A stretch of 64,000 nucleotides of DNA from Eledone cirrhosa (taxonomy: Eukaryota), in the NCBI GenBank assembly GCA_964016885.1, contig OZ024742.1, forward strand, positions 103,106,001 through 103,170,000. Direction: 5' to 3'. The notes under the pieces were generated by a model. The model searched no databases. It was not told where the DNA came from and was given only the letters and a program-made list of their open reading frames with translations. Below, in pieces: positions 12,498 to 24,112 of this stretch. Positions within the stretch are counted from its first letter, which is position 1, and the number at the start of each line of letters is the position of its first letter. The position numbers and the translations under genes were made by a program.

Positions 12498-14280
12498 TGA
12501 TGTCGTTTAACTCAAGGTCAGCTCAGATCATTCAGGCCTTCGACAAGTTTATGGCATTCTAGCCATGACCATCCTTTATTTTCCTGTGTAATTGGAAATC
12601 AGAACCAGATTATCCAACATGTCCTTTTAGAAGATTGTATGGTATGATTTGAGTGAGATTTGGCTGTTATTTCTAGCAGCTTTATGTATTTTGGCTAGTA
12701 GTAGTAGTAGTAGTAGTAGTAGTAGCAGTAGTAGTAGTAGTAGTAGTAAAAAATACCAGACGATGCAAATAAAGAATGCAAACAGTGCGTGCATGGTGTG
12801 GAATTTCAATGAGAAAGTACGACAAAAATATTCAGATTTGTAAAAATAAAATATTTACACGGATATTGGTAATACTTTTAGTAATACTATCTTGTATAAA
12901 CCAGTCATAGGCAAGTTGCGGCTCGTTTGACTCTCCGAATGTCATGCTTAACGAAAAATTTGCTTGAATTTATGGGATCCACCGCTCGAGTAAGGTTACT
13001 CATGCCTGGTAATTTGGATATTCAGAGTTGACACTGCACTCAATGGTCCAATGGGAGCCCCTACACAGACGCACTGGAAGAAGGAGACCGAGGATGACAT
13101 GTTGATGTCCTAAGTTCTCTGGGAGACGCGAGACAGAGACCGCTGGAGAAGGACAGAGACCACTGGAAATAAGTCGTCCATGGATATCGGGAATTTTACC
13201 CGCTCTAGATGATAAATGATGCCTGCTAACTCCTGCAAGAACTGACAGTCCATTAAAGATCGTTCTAGGAAAGTAGATTAAGACGACTGCTGCGATATAC
13301 ATAACGACCTGGCATAATGGTTAGGGTGTCGGGTTTAAAAATGATTTGGTATTTGATCCGTCGAAGGCAATTCTGCCTTTCATTCTTTCAGGGTCGATAA
13401 ATAAAGCACCAGTCCAGAACTTGTGTCGGTTCTCCCTCATTCTCATCTCTCTGGGAGAAATCGGCTGGGTTCAGATCTTGAAAGGGATTGCGTCTCTCCC
13501 CACTCTCTCTGGGAGAAATCGGTTCAGACATTGAAAAGGATGGGCTCCACCAAGTGTAAAGTGCACATGAGACACCGTGAGTCGCGACGGTGCCCCCCCC
13601 CCCCCCCCGACTATATCAGGAGTTAAGAGCTAAGAAAGGAGGTAGATATTTAACATAAAGTAAAAAGCTGACATTTTGGCACAGAAAATGCACTGAATAT
13701 ATTAAAATACCACCACCCCCCAAAACCTCCCCCAAAAACAAGAAAAATAATCCATGTGACAATGAATAAATAAATACATAAATAAAAAGAAAGAAAGAAA
13801 GAAAAGAATAAAAAATGATATTGGATATTATAAGAAATTATTCCTGTGATAGTACAGGTAGACATTCTGGTGGCTATGCCGTGGGCTCGTGACTTCTGAT
13901 GGAGTCGTAGGAACGCCGGTGTGGCTGACATATATTGGGCATTTTAAAACCTAGAGGAGCCCATCTCTCTCCAGGTCTAATCACACCCGATTTCTTTCTT
14001 GCACACAGAGAGAGAAAGAGAGAGGGGGAGGTGGGGGTCAAGAAAGAGATATAGAGGCAGAACCTACCCCAGTACGGAACTGATAGTTTTATTATCACCC
14101 TCGGGAGGATGAAAGGCAAAGTTGACATCGGCCAGATTTGAACTCAGATTGCAAAGAACTGGAACAAATACTGCAAAGTATTCTAACTCTATTTCAGTCT
14201 TTCTCTCTCATATTTTCTCACACATACACTCTCTCTCACCCATACAAATACTCTCCCTCTCAGTCTCTCTCGCTCTCTGA

Positions 14281-15050
14281 CGCGAATACAAGCATCTGAA
14301 ATAGGATTCTTCCAAAAGCCTAAAGTTACCGCGTTCCACGGGACCTGCTGGAGAAGGTTCTGCGGGAGTATGGGATCAATGGACAGCCTCCTGTTGCCAT
14401 GAAGTCTCTATACGAATGGGGCTAAGTCTAAACCATTCAATATGAGTATCGAACTCCGTCAAGGCTGCGTATTGTCACCTCTCCTGTTCATAATCTTCAT
14501 GAATAGGATTGACATGTGCAGCCAAGTTAGAAGTGGTATCATGACTGGCAGGTGTTGGAACATTCAGCTGGAATTTGCCGACATCATGGTACTACTTAAC
14601 TTGATGATACTACTTAAGGTGATTTCCGACATGTACTTGATAGGCCTGTGCCGAGTGCTGCGATGACTGAGAGACTCATTCTTTCAAGGAAGCCTGCGCA
14701 GTGCACTACATATGAGTGAAATTCCACTGAAGCAAGTGGAAAAGTTCAAGTATCTCGGGGCCGTTTTCACGAGTGATGACAGGCAGAAGGCTGAATTAAG
14801 TGCAATAATATCAGGAGCTGGTGCAGTAATGCGACAGATTCAGCACTCGTTCATCAGAAGAAGGGGTGAAGATGTAAATGCCAAACTCGCTATCTTCAAT
14901 TTGGCATTGGTGCCAACCCTTACTTATGGTTATGAATCTTGGGTAATGACTGAAAGAATACGATCGCGAATACAAGCATCTGAAATAGGATTCTTCCAAA
15001 AGGTCTTTGGAGTAACGTCACGTAGCATGGAGATTAGGGAGCCGCTTTAA
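14281..15050 (+). mobile_element. Degenerate RTE-clade LINE RT fragment, same family as 5603-6200
   Basis: LRQGCVLSPLLFIIFM, LEFAD, QVEKFKYLG, PTLTYGYESW; frameshifted. Confidence 0.8.
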
Positions 15051-15874
15051 TTTTTGGTGGCGGGGAAAGCGGATTAAATCGACTCCAGTGCATTACTGGT
15101 GCTTTATTTTATCGACCCCTTAAGGATGAAAAGCAAAGCTAACCTTGGCAGAACTTGAACTTAAGACGTAAAGGACCGTAATGATACGCCACAAATCCTG
15201 TTGTTTGACGCTCTACCGATACTGCCAACCCACCGCCCTCGAATCCACTAAATAATAATAAGCATATAAAGTCTCGCTGTGAGTATTTTATTCTGAACCA
15301 CGCTGTGTTCGTGAGACTGCTAATTAATACCAACCCGTCAAGCATGCACTATATACAAATAAGTATCTCCATAAATGCATTGTTTGCAAATTTCTATCTA
15401 TAAGAAGCTATAGTTTTCTTGCCTCAGTACCAACTAAGTAAATGTCACAATGATCTTGAAATGCTAATATTTAAACTCACACGGTTACTAAGGTAGCTGT
15501 GATATGATCACTGCTTAAAATACTTACAGCGAGACTTTGTATGTTTATTATACATAAATGCGTTAGTGCTACTGCCAACTGTAAAGAGAACAGTTAAGTT
15601 GATTTTTTTCTTTCCAATGAAAAGTTCTGCTCCCAAACATCTTATCGTCTTCCTCACGTCATAACATTTATTCTGCTATTTGAATTATTATTATTTGCCG
15701 ATGTCGACTGTCACTAGTTTTCCCGGCTTCTTCTGCTTCACTGAGATTAGATTGTATTACTTAATGAAGTCTAACTGGATTGCATCTAAAGAGAATATGA
15801 GATTAACCTTTAATGGTGTGTGTGATTGACTTACACATTGTAATAAAATCGCTCACATCTATCTATCTATCTAT

Positions 15875-16013
15875 AAACTGTCTCCCTCTATTGGGGAAAA
15901 TCGACTAACTTTTAAATTCCATCTGTGATAACATTTTACACGTTTTTATTGTATGTAAACTTCCCCCTTTGTATTTGTCCCCTTCTTTTGTGCCCCTGTG
16001 GCTAATAAAGAAA
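15875..16013 (+). mobile_element. 5'-truncated 3'-UTR copy of the Tx1-like LINE family, flanked by (ATCT)n on both sides
   Basis: TGTAAACTTCCCCCTTTGTATTTGTCCCCTTCTTTT...AATAAAGAAA matches 21820-21877; (ATCT)n at 15858-15873 and 16017-16057. Confidence 0.85.
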
Positions 16014-16015
16014 TA

Positions 16016-16058
<43 letters not shown>

Positions 16059-16290
16059 TAAATCTAGCTGTCGTCTGTTCTACAGTGTGGATGTCATTCA
16101 CTTCGCACAGAAGTTTTGTTCAACTTTATTGACGAAATTTTGTGAGTTCAAACTTAATTTTGATACAATTGTGTAGCTTGACCCTCCGTCTGAACTGTCA
16201 GGCGGTGGGTCAGTTCATCTTTACCCCTCCTAGAGGTGAAAAACCTGTTTTAAAAAATTTTGTGTAAAAAATTTCAATCGTCTAACAGAA

Positions 16291-18192
16291 ATGTTAAACG
16301 CAGCGAACGAAAATAGTGGTGGGGGGACAGCGGTAAGAGTTGTAAGCTCGCACGCTTTAGTCCTCCCTTCCTTCCCAACTAACGTCATAGAGAAGGAAGG
16401 AAAAATGAAAATAAAAACGGACGAATCTGCGGAGAAAAAATTAAATGACGAAAACATAAATCTGGACTTGGATTCCAACAACGAAAAAAAAAAATTGGAA
16501 AAATTGCATGACAATACTAATAACACAAACAAAGACACAACAAACAAAAAAATAACAGTTGAAAATAACACCATATCAGAAAACAAAGCAGACGACAAGA
16601 TTTCATTTGCACAGAAAACAAAGAAATCTTTGACTTATATAGCGGAAAACATTTCAGATGTGGTACGAAGGATCACGGACGCCAAACAATACATAAGTGA
16701 AAGTGAGAATGGTATTTTATTGGTAAAAATGCCTCAAGAATTCACGAAAGACATTGAAAGCCGAACGGTCAAGTTTCGGACCATCAACAACAGTACAAAA
16801 AAACCTGAACAGCCTTCTCAAGCAGATATCAAAACAGTACTCACAGAAGTACTGAATGAAACAACTTTCATAAGAAAAGACAGACTGTATGGAAGCCTAG
16901 CAATTATCATGAAGAACGAATCGGCGGCAAAAAAATGTGCTTTGTCACCGATTCGTTCGAAAAATTTCACCTTTTATCCATCTTATATGGGGAAAAAAAC
17001 TCAACGCATATGGCTGGATGCAAGGATGCCAGATGTGGACTACTGCTGGCTCATAGCTGGCTTCATCGATCCAGTGAATGACAACGTGATTTCCATTGGG
17101 AAAACCACAGGCAATGCGTTCAGTGGAACAGGTATAGAGCTGGTAGTACAAATGAAGCCTGAACGCATCGCCCAAATACCCGACAGAATCCTATTAGAGG
17201 ACCACAGGTATATAAACATTAGCGTGGAGGGGAGAAGGCTGTCCTGCCATATCTGTGCAGGCAGAGGGCACCTGAAGGCCGCTTGTCCCCAACTCAACAA
17301 AAAGAAAACCCTGCTACCAACACCAGCTCCACCACCACCACCACAACAGATAAACAAACAACAAAACTCAGTCCCACCCAACCCGTCCCTCAGTAAAACC
17401 ACAACACCACCACAACACAAACAGTCACAACACATTACCCCAAAACAAAATACAGGCCCACCCAACCTCTCACTCAATAAAACAACACAACCACCGCAGA
17501 CACAACACACAACACAGTCTAACATAGTGACATCCATCTCCCCCACAAAGAAAACCAACACGGAAACATTACCAGCAAACATACCTCTTCCCTCCAACAC
17601 TGAAGATAACCCAACGAATTCGGAGGAAGAAACGGAGTCCTTCAGACAGATTAAAAGGAAAAAAAGAAAACATGTGCAAAACACACAAGGACAAACAACC
17701 CCCACCCAAATCGCAACACAATCCAACAAAACAGAAAACACCCCTGCAGCAACAAACAAAACCAAACCTGCCCCTCCCCTCTTCGAAACACTCACACCAT
17801 CGGAAAAAAAGACATTACACTATACTTACATCAACAGAAACAATAATAAATTAAATGAACTCATATACAATAATCCTTCGGTACAAACCGAAGGTGTAAA
17901 CTTTGTTTCGTCAGAAAACCACCCACATTTAAAACTAATAAAAATCCCAATGAACCTCTACCAAAAACTAAAAAAGGATTTTAAGGAGGACGTAGGACCA
18001 CCCTCTGTCAAACCCATAAACCGCGTCCTACTAAAAAGCTTTCCCCCTCCCCTTCCCCTCCCCAACACAACTCCAAACACCCCAACCCCACCACACACTG
18101 ACGACCCCACACCACCACAAGACACCCCTTCACCCAACACCCCCGACCCCATGGAAGTCGTGCAACCCGAACCCCGGGAAGCGGAAAGGTAG
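16291..18192 (+). CDS. LINE ORF1p, gag-like nucleic-acid-binding protein (633 aa)
   Basis: CCHC zinc knuckle CHICAGRGHLKAAC, basic NLS-like KRKKRK, P/T/Q-rich tail; ends 33 nt before ORF2. Confidence 0.85.
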   Translation: MLNAANENSGGGTAVRVVSSHALVLPSFPTNVIEKEGKMKIKTDESAEKKLNDENINLDLDSNNEKKKLEKLHDNTNNTNKDTTNKKITVENNTISENKADDKISFAQKTKKSLTYIAENISDVVRRITDAKQYISESENGILLVKMPQEFTKDIESRTVKFRTINNSTKKPEQPSQADIKTVLTEVLNETTFIRKDRLYGSLAIIMKNESAAKKCALSPIRSKNFTFYPSYMGKKTQRIWLDARMPDVDYCWLIAGFIDPVNDNVISIGKTTGNAFSGTGIELVVQMKPERIAQIPDRILLEDHRYINISVEGRRLSCHICAGRGHLKAACPQLNKKKTLLPTPAPPPPPQQINKQQNSVPPNPSLSKTTTPPQHKQSQHITPKQNTGPPNLSLNKTTQPPQTQHTTQSNIVTSISPTKKTNTETLPANIPLPSNTEDNPTNSEEETESFRQIKRKKRKHVQNTQGQTTPTQIATQSNKTENTPAATNKTKPAPPLFETLTPSEKKTLHYTYINRNNNKLNELIYNNPSVQTEGVNFVSSENHPHLKLIKIPMNLYQKLKKDFKEDVGPPSVKPINRVLLKSFPPPLPLPNTTPNTPTPPHTDDPTPPQDTPSPNTPDPMEVVQPEPREAER

Positions 18193-18225
18193 GTCTCTAC
18201 ACTCTCCTTTGGCTCTGCCGCCCAC

Positions 18226-21200
18226 ATGGATGTGTTAAGAGTAGGATGTTTGAATGCACGTGGCCTGGGCTCAACTTGGAAGCAAGCAAAGCTTCTAAAT
18301 GACCTCAGGTCATGTAGTATAAATGTAATGGTTATCTGTGAGACTCGAATCAGCGTCATGCGGCAGCTGGCCCCCACCTTCGATGACTTTGAGGTGCATG
18401 CATCTCTCTGTCAACCTGGAGGTGGGGGTGGGGTTGTCGTACTGCTGCAAAAACACCTGGGTCTTGCCGTACAGGTTGTGCACTCGGACCCGGAGGGTCG
18501 TTTGTTGGTGCTAGACGTTGGCAGTAGTGAAAGTGCGGCCTTGAGACTGGTCGCCGTCTACTCCCCTTTCGGAGCTGAACGGCCCGACTTCTTCCAGCGT
18601 TTGGAGACTTTTCTGGGAACGTCGCGTTCCCTGCTTCTAGCGGGGGATTGGAATGACATCCTGGATGCACGTTGGGACTATGCAGGAGCATGTCCTAATA
18701 GAGGGGGGTGTAACAGCCTCAAGGGGTTACTCGACCGTTTTAACTTGATCGATAGATATCGACTAGATTTTCCAACTGTGCCTACCTGGACTTGGAGAAA
18801 CCACAGTGGTCAATCTAGATCGTACTTAGATAGATTCTTAGTTAGAAGTAAGGATAGGGACATATTAAGCTGTCCAGAAATGCGCACGGTTGGCTACACG
18901 GATCACAAATTAGTGACCTGCGTGGTCAATCTCGAGAAAACACATAGACAGGGTCCCGGTTACTGGAAACTTAATTTGTCTTTACCGGCAAAAGAGACTT
19001 ACAGAAACCGGATTAGCAGATTAGTTAAGGAGAGGTTGACGGGTGCAATCGTCAACAACCGATGGTGGGCATCTCTCAAAAGAGAGATTAGAACAGAATC
19101 AATAAGTTATAGCAAGATGTTAGCTGCCGATAGGAATAGAAACGAGAAAGAATTAACAGGTAAATTAGAAGAGGCAATCAAGAGCGAAGATGTGGCCAGA
19201 GTGCTGGCATCGAGGACGGCCTTGAACCAGTTTTTCGATGCAAAGCATGAAGGCTGCGTCATTCGAAGTAAAATACGTGCTCTAGGTAATGAGGGGGCCA
19301 AAACCGTTGGATGGGCCCGCGTGACAGAAGCTAAGAGTGGAAATCGATCCACCATCCGGTCGTTGCAAGACGAAGATGGACGAGTGATCCGGGAGCCTAA
19401 GCAGATGTGCGAGGCCTTTCAAAAGCACTTTGCCCGATTGTTCGGGGGAGGCGAGGGTCCGGGCCGGGGCGTGGATTTCGGTCCATACCTCGACGGCCTG
19501 CCGCGTCTCTCGAACAAAGAGGCAGAGTCCTGCGAGGGACCAATCTCGGCTGATGAGATCGGAGATGCGCTGAGCCAATGCAGCAGACGCAAATCTCCAG
19601 GTCTCGATGGTATACCTTACGAACTTTATTTAGCAATGCCGGTCTTCTTCTCCGAACTCCTCGAAGCGGTCTACTGCAATTGGCAGCAGAACGGGAGAAT
19701 TCCTTGTTCTGTAGCCAAGGGCGTAGTCACGCTGGTGAGGAAGGACGAGAACAAGGGGGATAGTATAAATAATTTTCGGCCCATAACCCTGCTAAACACA
19801 GAGTTAAAGATTTTGGCCAAGGTGTTAGCAAAGAGGTTGGCGCTTGTCGTGGGTGGCCTGGTGGGAGATGCGCAGACATGTGCTATCCCATCCAGGTCCA
19901 TTCACGATAACCTCCACCTCATGCGATACATCGTAGAGAGGGTTGGCAACAAACCCGGCTTCGGTGGGGCCCTGATCAACTTGGATCAGTCTAAGGCCTT
20001 CGATAGGGTCGACCATGGTTACCTGGATGCGGTGCTAGCGGCGGCTGGGTTCGGTCCTGTTTTCAGAGGCTGGATCACTGCCCTACATAGCAACCACATC
20101 TGTTCTAGGATCAAGGTGAACGGCTACCTTTCGAAGCCGTTCGAAATCACACGATCCATTCGACAGGGGTGCCCTCTCTCCTCCCTTCTGTACGTATTGA
20201 CTCTCGAGCCTTTACTGAGGAAGTTGGAGTTGTTGCAGAGTATCCCCCTGGAACCAGGATTGAGCAAAGCGGTGTCGGCCTACGCCGATGACGTAACAGT
20301 AATGGTATCAACCGACTCGGAGATCGAGGCGATCGGTACCTTACTGGAGGAGTACGAAAGGTTGTCAGGAGCGAAACTGAACCGGGAAAAATCCATCGGG
20401 CTGCAACTCGGAACGTGGAGAGGCAAACCGATGCCTCCTGACGGTGTCGTCGGACACTGGACGGAGGGCCCGGTAAAGTTGCTTGGGGTCTGGTTTGGAC
20501 CGGACCTCCAGGTGGAAAAGAACTGGAACGAGGTTACGAACAAGGTGTTTGCACTAACCCAGAAATGGGCCAAGTGTAAGCTGTCCCTAAAAGGCCGGGC
20601 GGAGGTGGCGAACATTTACATAGCGTCCGTCACTTACTACCGCCTGACTGTCGTGCCTTGCCCTAAGGAAACACTCACCACCATGGAACGCATGCTCTTC
20701 CAATTTCTTTGGAAGAAGCGTCCTCCTATGGTGAGAAGATCCATCTGCTGCCAACAACCTTCGAAAGGAGGGCTGGGGATGCCGTGGTTGATGATGCGTA
20801 GGCACGCATTAAGGCTACGGCACCTACAGGTATTCCTCACTGGTCAACCGGTGTGGGCTCCGTTCGTGAAACGAGCCTTTCCGAGACTCGTCTCACTCAC
20901 CGAGCTACAGTCCTGGGTCAAGCAAAGATCCGGAAAAATGGGAGACTGGCACACTGAGTGTGCTCAAGCGCTCAGGGCTCTCTGGCAAGCGGGCCAGGCC
21001 ATCGGTGGAGAATCCACCTCATCATTCTATAGAGGGCTGGTGGCTAGCAGGGGCGATGACACCCTTGGAGAGTCGCTGGACATGGAAGAAGACGAACTGG
21101 CCAGCCTGTTCGGTAGGACTTTCGGCCCAGGACCAATGGACAACTTCCAGAAGTCACTGGCCTGGCAGTGCTACCGAGGGGCTCTACCCGTTCGAGAGAG

Positions 21201-21663
21201 GCTCTACAGACACGGGCGCCCGGGCAGGGATCCCTCAAAAAAGATTTGCCCTAGATGCGTGCGTCACGAAGAAACCGTAGCGCACGCATTGGTGCAATGT
21301 CCGGGCGTGGCTGATCTGTGGGGCTACGCCGAACAACTGCTGTCGCGGGTGGCGCCGATTAAATTGACCGCCGAGTCCGTGATGACAATCAAACCGCCTC
21401 CCCTCTTCACAAAGGAAGCAAAGGCGGTTTTTCTGTGCGTAATAGCCATGTTGAAAGAGGTTGTTTGGTGGACACGATTGAAAGGTCTGAGGTCAGGCAA
21501 CTTCCTCTCTGGCCATAGTCTGGTCTACTTCTTCCGATATCACTTCGGAAGAAGGATAAGGATGGAGAGAGAGGTGCTTGGCCACAGGCAGTTTTATGAA
21601 AGGTGGGTGATAGTGGCGAGAATGGCTCGTGTAAATGGGCCTTCTCTGTATACCATCCTGTAG
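18226..21663 (+). CDS. LINE ORF2p: APE endonuclease + reverse transcriptase + C-terminal zinc finger (1145 aa)
   Basis: APE motifs LNARGL, CETR, GDWN, YLDRFL, TDHK; RT motifs KSPGLDG, FRPITLLN, DQSKAFDRVDH, RQGCPLS, YADD; C-terminal CPRC...ETVAHALVQC. Confidence 0.95.
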   Translation: MDVLRVGCLNARGLGSTWKQAKLLNDLRSCSINVMVICETRISVMRQLAPTFDDFEVHASLCQPGGGGGVVVLLQKHLGLAVQVVHSDPEGRLLVLDVGSSESAALRLVAVYSPFGAERPDFFQRLETFLGTSRSLLLAGDWNDILDARWDYAGACPNRGGCNSLKGLLDRFNLIDRYRLDFPTVPTWTWRNHSGQSRSYLDRFLVRSKDRDILSCPEMRTVGYTDHKLVTCVVNLEKTHRQGPGYWKLNLSLPAKETYRNRISRLVKERLTGAIVNNRWWASLKREIRTESISYSKMLAADRNRNEKELTGKLEEAIKSEDVARVLASRTALNQFFDAKHEGCVIRSKIRALGNEGAKTVGWARVTEAKSGNRSTIRSLQDEDGRVIREPKQMCEAFQKHFARLFGGGEGPGRGVDFGPYLDGLPRLSNKEAESCEGPISADEIGDALSQCSRRKSPGLDGIPYELYLAMPVFFSELLEAVYCNWQQNGRIPCSVAKGVVTLVRKDENKGDSINNFRPITLLNTELKILAKVLAKRLALVVGGLVGDAQTCAIPSRSIHDNLHLMRYIVERVGNKPGFGGALINLDQSKAFDRVDHGYLDAVLAAAGFGPVFRGWITALHSNHICSRIKVNGYLSKPFEITRSIRQGCPLSSLLYVLTLEPLLRKLELLQSIPLEPGLSKAVSAYADDVTVMVSTDSEIEAIGTLLEEYERLSGAKLNREKSIGLQLGTWRGKPMPPDGVVGHWTEGPVKLLGVWFGPDLQVEKNWNEVTNKVFALTQKWAKCKLSLKGRAEVANIYIASVTYYRLTVVPCPKETLTTMERMLFQFLWKKRPPMVRRSICCQQPSKGGLGMPWLMMRRHALRLRHLQVFLTGQPVWAPFVKRAFPRLVSLTELQSWVKQRSGKMGDWHTECAQALRALWQAGQAIGGESTSSFYRGLVASRGDDTLGESLDMEEDELASLFGRTFGPGPMDNFQKSLAWQCYRGALPVRERLYRHGRPGRDPSKKICPRCVRHEETVAHALVQCPGVADLWGYAEQLLSRVAPIKLTAESVMTIKPPPLFTKEAKAVFLCVIAMLKEVVWWTRLKGLRSGNFLSGHSLVYFFRYHFGRRIRMEREVLGHRQFYERWVIVARMARVNGPSLYTIL

Positions 21664-21877
21664 GTAAAGAAGTAAAGGAGAGGGGAGCACCTTCTCCATG
21701 TGCTCCCCGGGCAAAGGATTGCACACTTTTTCGGGGGTGTGTGCAACCCCCATCACGTCCCCTCCCTTTTGAGGTTATTTTCGATTATTTTCATGTTACA
21801 CCCTTTTTACTCGATTATATGTAAACTCCCCCTTTGTATTTGTCCCTTCTTTTTATGCCTTTATGGTAAATAAAGAA

Positions 21878-21941
<64 letters not shown>

Positions 21942-21994
21942 GTCTATCTGTCTGTCTGTTTATCTGTTTATCTCTCTATCTATCTATTTATCAA

Positions 21995-22070
<76 letters not shown>
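21878..22070. repeat. (TATC)n grading into (TC)n
   Basis: Direct reading. Confidence 0.95.
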
Positions 22071-22071
<1 letters not shown>

Positions 22072-22080
22072 ATATATATA

Positions 22081-23598
22081 TGGTTTTGTGAAGCCCAGCT
22101 TTTCAAGATTTGTACTGAGGTAGTCACTAATATATCCCAGTGCCCCAATAATCACAGGTATAAATCTGAAGGTCAAGGTGGAGTATCTGCAGATTTCTCT
22201 TTAGTTCTGCATAGATATTCTCCTTTTCGCTTATCTTTAATATTATATTGGCCTCTGCTTGGCAGCTAACTTCCACTACTGTGCATGCCTTCTTTTCCCT
22301 GTCCCATATCATTATATCTCGTCTGTTATGCCTGCATTTTATTGGGCGATTGACTGGAACATTCCACCAGTACTCGTTCATATTATGTATATGTCTTCCA
22401 CATAGCTTTAACTTTTAACGTGTTTATTTTCTACAGATTGCATTGTACAGTGTTTTGGACACTACATCATGCCTCATAGGTAGATAGTACCGCGATGACA
22501 TCTTTGGACAGCTGCTTATGACATGGGTGATATCTTCGATCTTAATCTTGCAGAGTCTGAATTTGTTGTCACATCTAGGTGTTTTGCTTGCATCCCTATC
22601 TCTTTTGTGAATCAAGTATTTTGTATTGATTTCCTGTTCTTGGATTGTAAAAGCCTATCCTTCAAAGTGAGAGACAATATAGCGGTTGTTGGTCCAAGAT
22701 AGACTACTTTGTTTATCTATATTACTCTCACTCTGGAGCTTCCTGGCAACATATCCATGAATGATTTTTTGCTGATAACCATGCAGTTTTTCATAAATGG
22801 TTTCACTGCGGTATTGCTGGACAATTTCCCTAGGTGTGAGTTTTTGATTATCATGCAGGGAGTATCTTTCAAGGAGTTCCTTCCCAACTTTCATGATCTT
22901 TTCAAGTGTAGGAACCCATCTCAACAGATGGGTTCCTACACTTGGAAGTTAGATGTTGTCGGAGGGACATGATGCGACACTCAAATTCTGTCTGGACTGA
23001 TGTTAGGCCTCTGCCTTCCTGCTTACGTTTCAAGTAAAGGTGGTCTATGTCACCGTTGATGTGAAAGTTTCCAGTGTTGTTTAGGATGTTTTGGCTTTTA
23101 ACATCAATAGCTCGGATTTCGTCTATCGTCCAATCGAGTATTCCAAACGTTGGTGTTAGAACAGGCACAGCAAACACATTGTGAACCACTGTTTTATTGT
23201 GCTCAGAGATTTCAGATGACCATATTTTTCTTAATCAGGTGTAATATTTACTGGTTAAGCGTTCCTTATTACAGATATCATCATAGGATATATTCTCATC
23301 CATCTCTAGTTATCTGTTGCAGTCCTCGTCAGATGTCGGCTATTGATAAAACTGATGCTAGATTGGCTTGTAGTTTTTCCTCGCTTTACAATCATATATA
23401 AACATTTGTCCTGGCCAAACTCCATTCCTATATCTTCTGAGAACGTCGTAACCAGGTCAAGATTTTTCTTCATCCCATTTATGTTTCAGGTCATCCACAA
23501 AGAAATTATGGGTTAGGTTCGTATTTCTGTCCTCATGTGGGCTAATTATGTATCCTTCACATTTCTGGAGCAGAAAGGACAAGGGATTTAATGACAGA
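22081..23598 (-). pseudogene. Decayed R4/Dong-type RLE retrotransposon (RT 3' half, zinc knuckle, RLE)
   Basis: LSLNPLSFLL, HNFFVDDLK, PVLTPTFGILDW, SHFEG, RLCKIKIEDITHVISSC, LPMRHD, DIMIWDREKKACTVVEVSC spread over frameshifted ORFs; homologous to 33575-36556. Confidence 0.88.
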
Positions 23599-23691
23599 AT
23601 ACATACATACATACATACATACATACATACATACATACATACATACATACATACATACATACATACATACATACATACATACATACATACA

Positions 23692-24023
23692 TGGCTACGT
23701 TTCCATTTTCAGAATTTCCATTACTTGATCCCCCCTTCCTCTAACAGATGGGTAGCACGAAAAAAGAGCCATTTTAGGTTATGGCCAGCCATGCTCATGC
23801 AACACGTGTGAAAGATATTGAGAGTAAGTGATGCCTGTGGTTGAAGCTTTTTTTTTAAGTGAAGGAAGGCCTTGTACTGGACTAATCTCATCCGCTGAAC
23901 AACGGTCACGTGGAAATATTCGGTTTGGTGCCTGGGCGCGCGGCTAGGACATTATCCTAGGAGAAGGATAAATGTGATGTAAAACCATGGCAACCAATGA
24001 TATTGACCTGTTATTCTTTTTGG
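23692..24023 (+). mobile_element. Probable 3' end (ORF tail + UTR) of another RLE element, between two (CATA)n arrays
   Basis: (CATA)n at 23599-23691 and 24024-24109; broken peptide KRAILG...HV.KILRV resembles the R4/Dong C-terminal KA.LLGT..ILRK.L motif. Confidence 0.4.
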
Positions 24024-24080
24024 ATACATACATACATACATACATACATACATACATACATACATACATACATACATACA

Positions 24081-24112
<32 letters not shown>

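Larger units (their letters stand above)
16058..21877 (+). mobile_element. Apparently full-length Tx1/L1-clade non-LTR retrotransposon within (ATCT)n
   Basis: About 230-bp 5' UTR, two intact ORFs, about 215-bp 3' UTR ending AATAAAGAAA, with (ATCT)n on both flanks. Confidence 0.92.

Noticed and set aside
17040-21280. Antisense and alternative-frame ORFs over the Tx1-like element
   Set aside because: Shadows of compositionally biased ORF1 and ORF2, with no motifs
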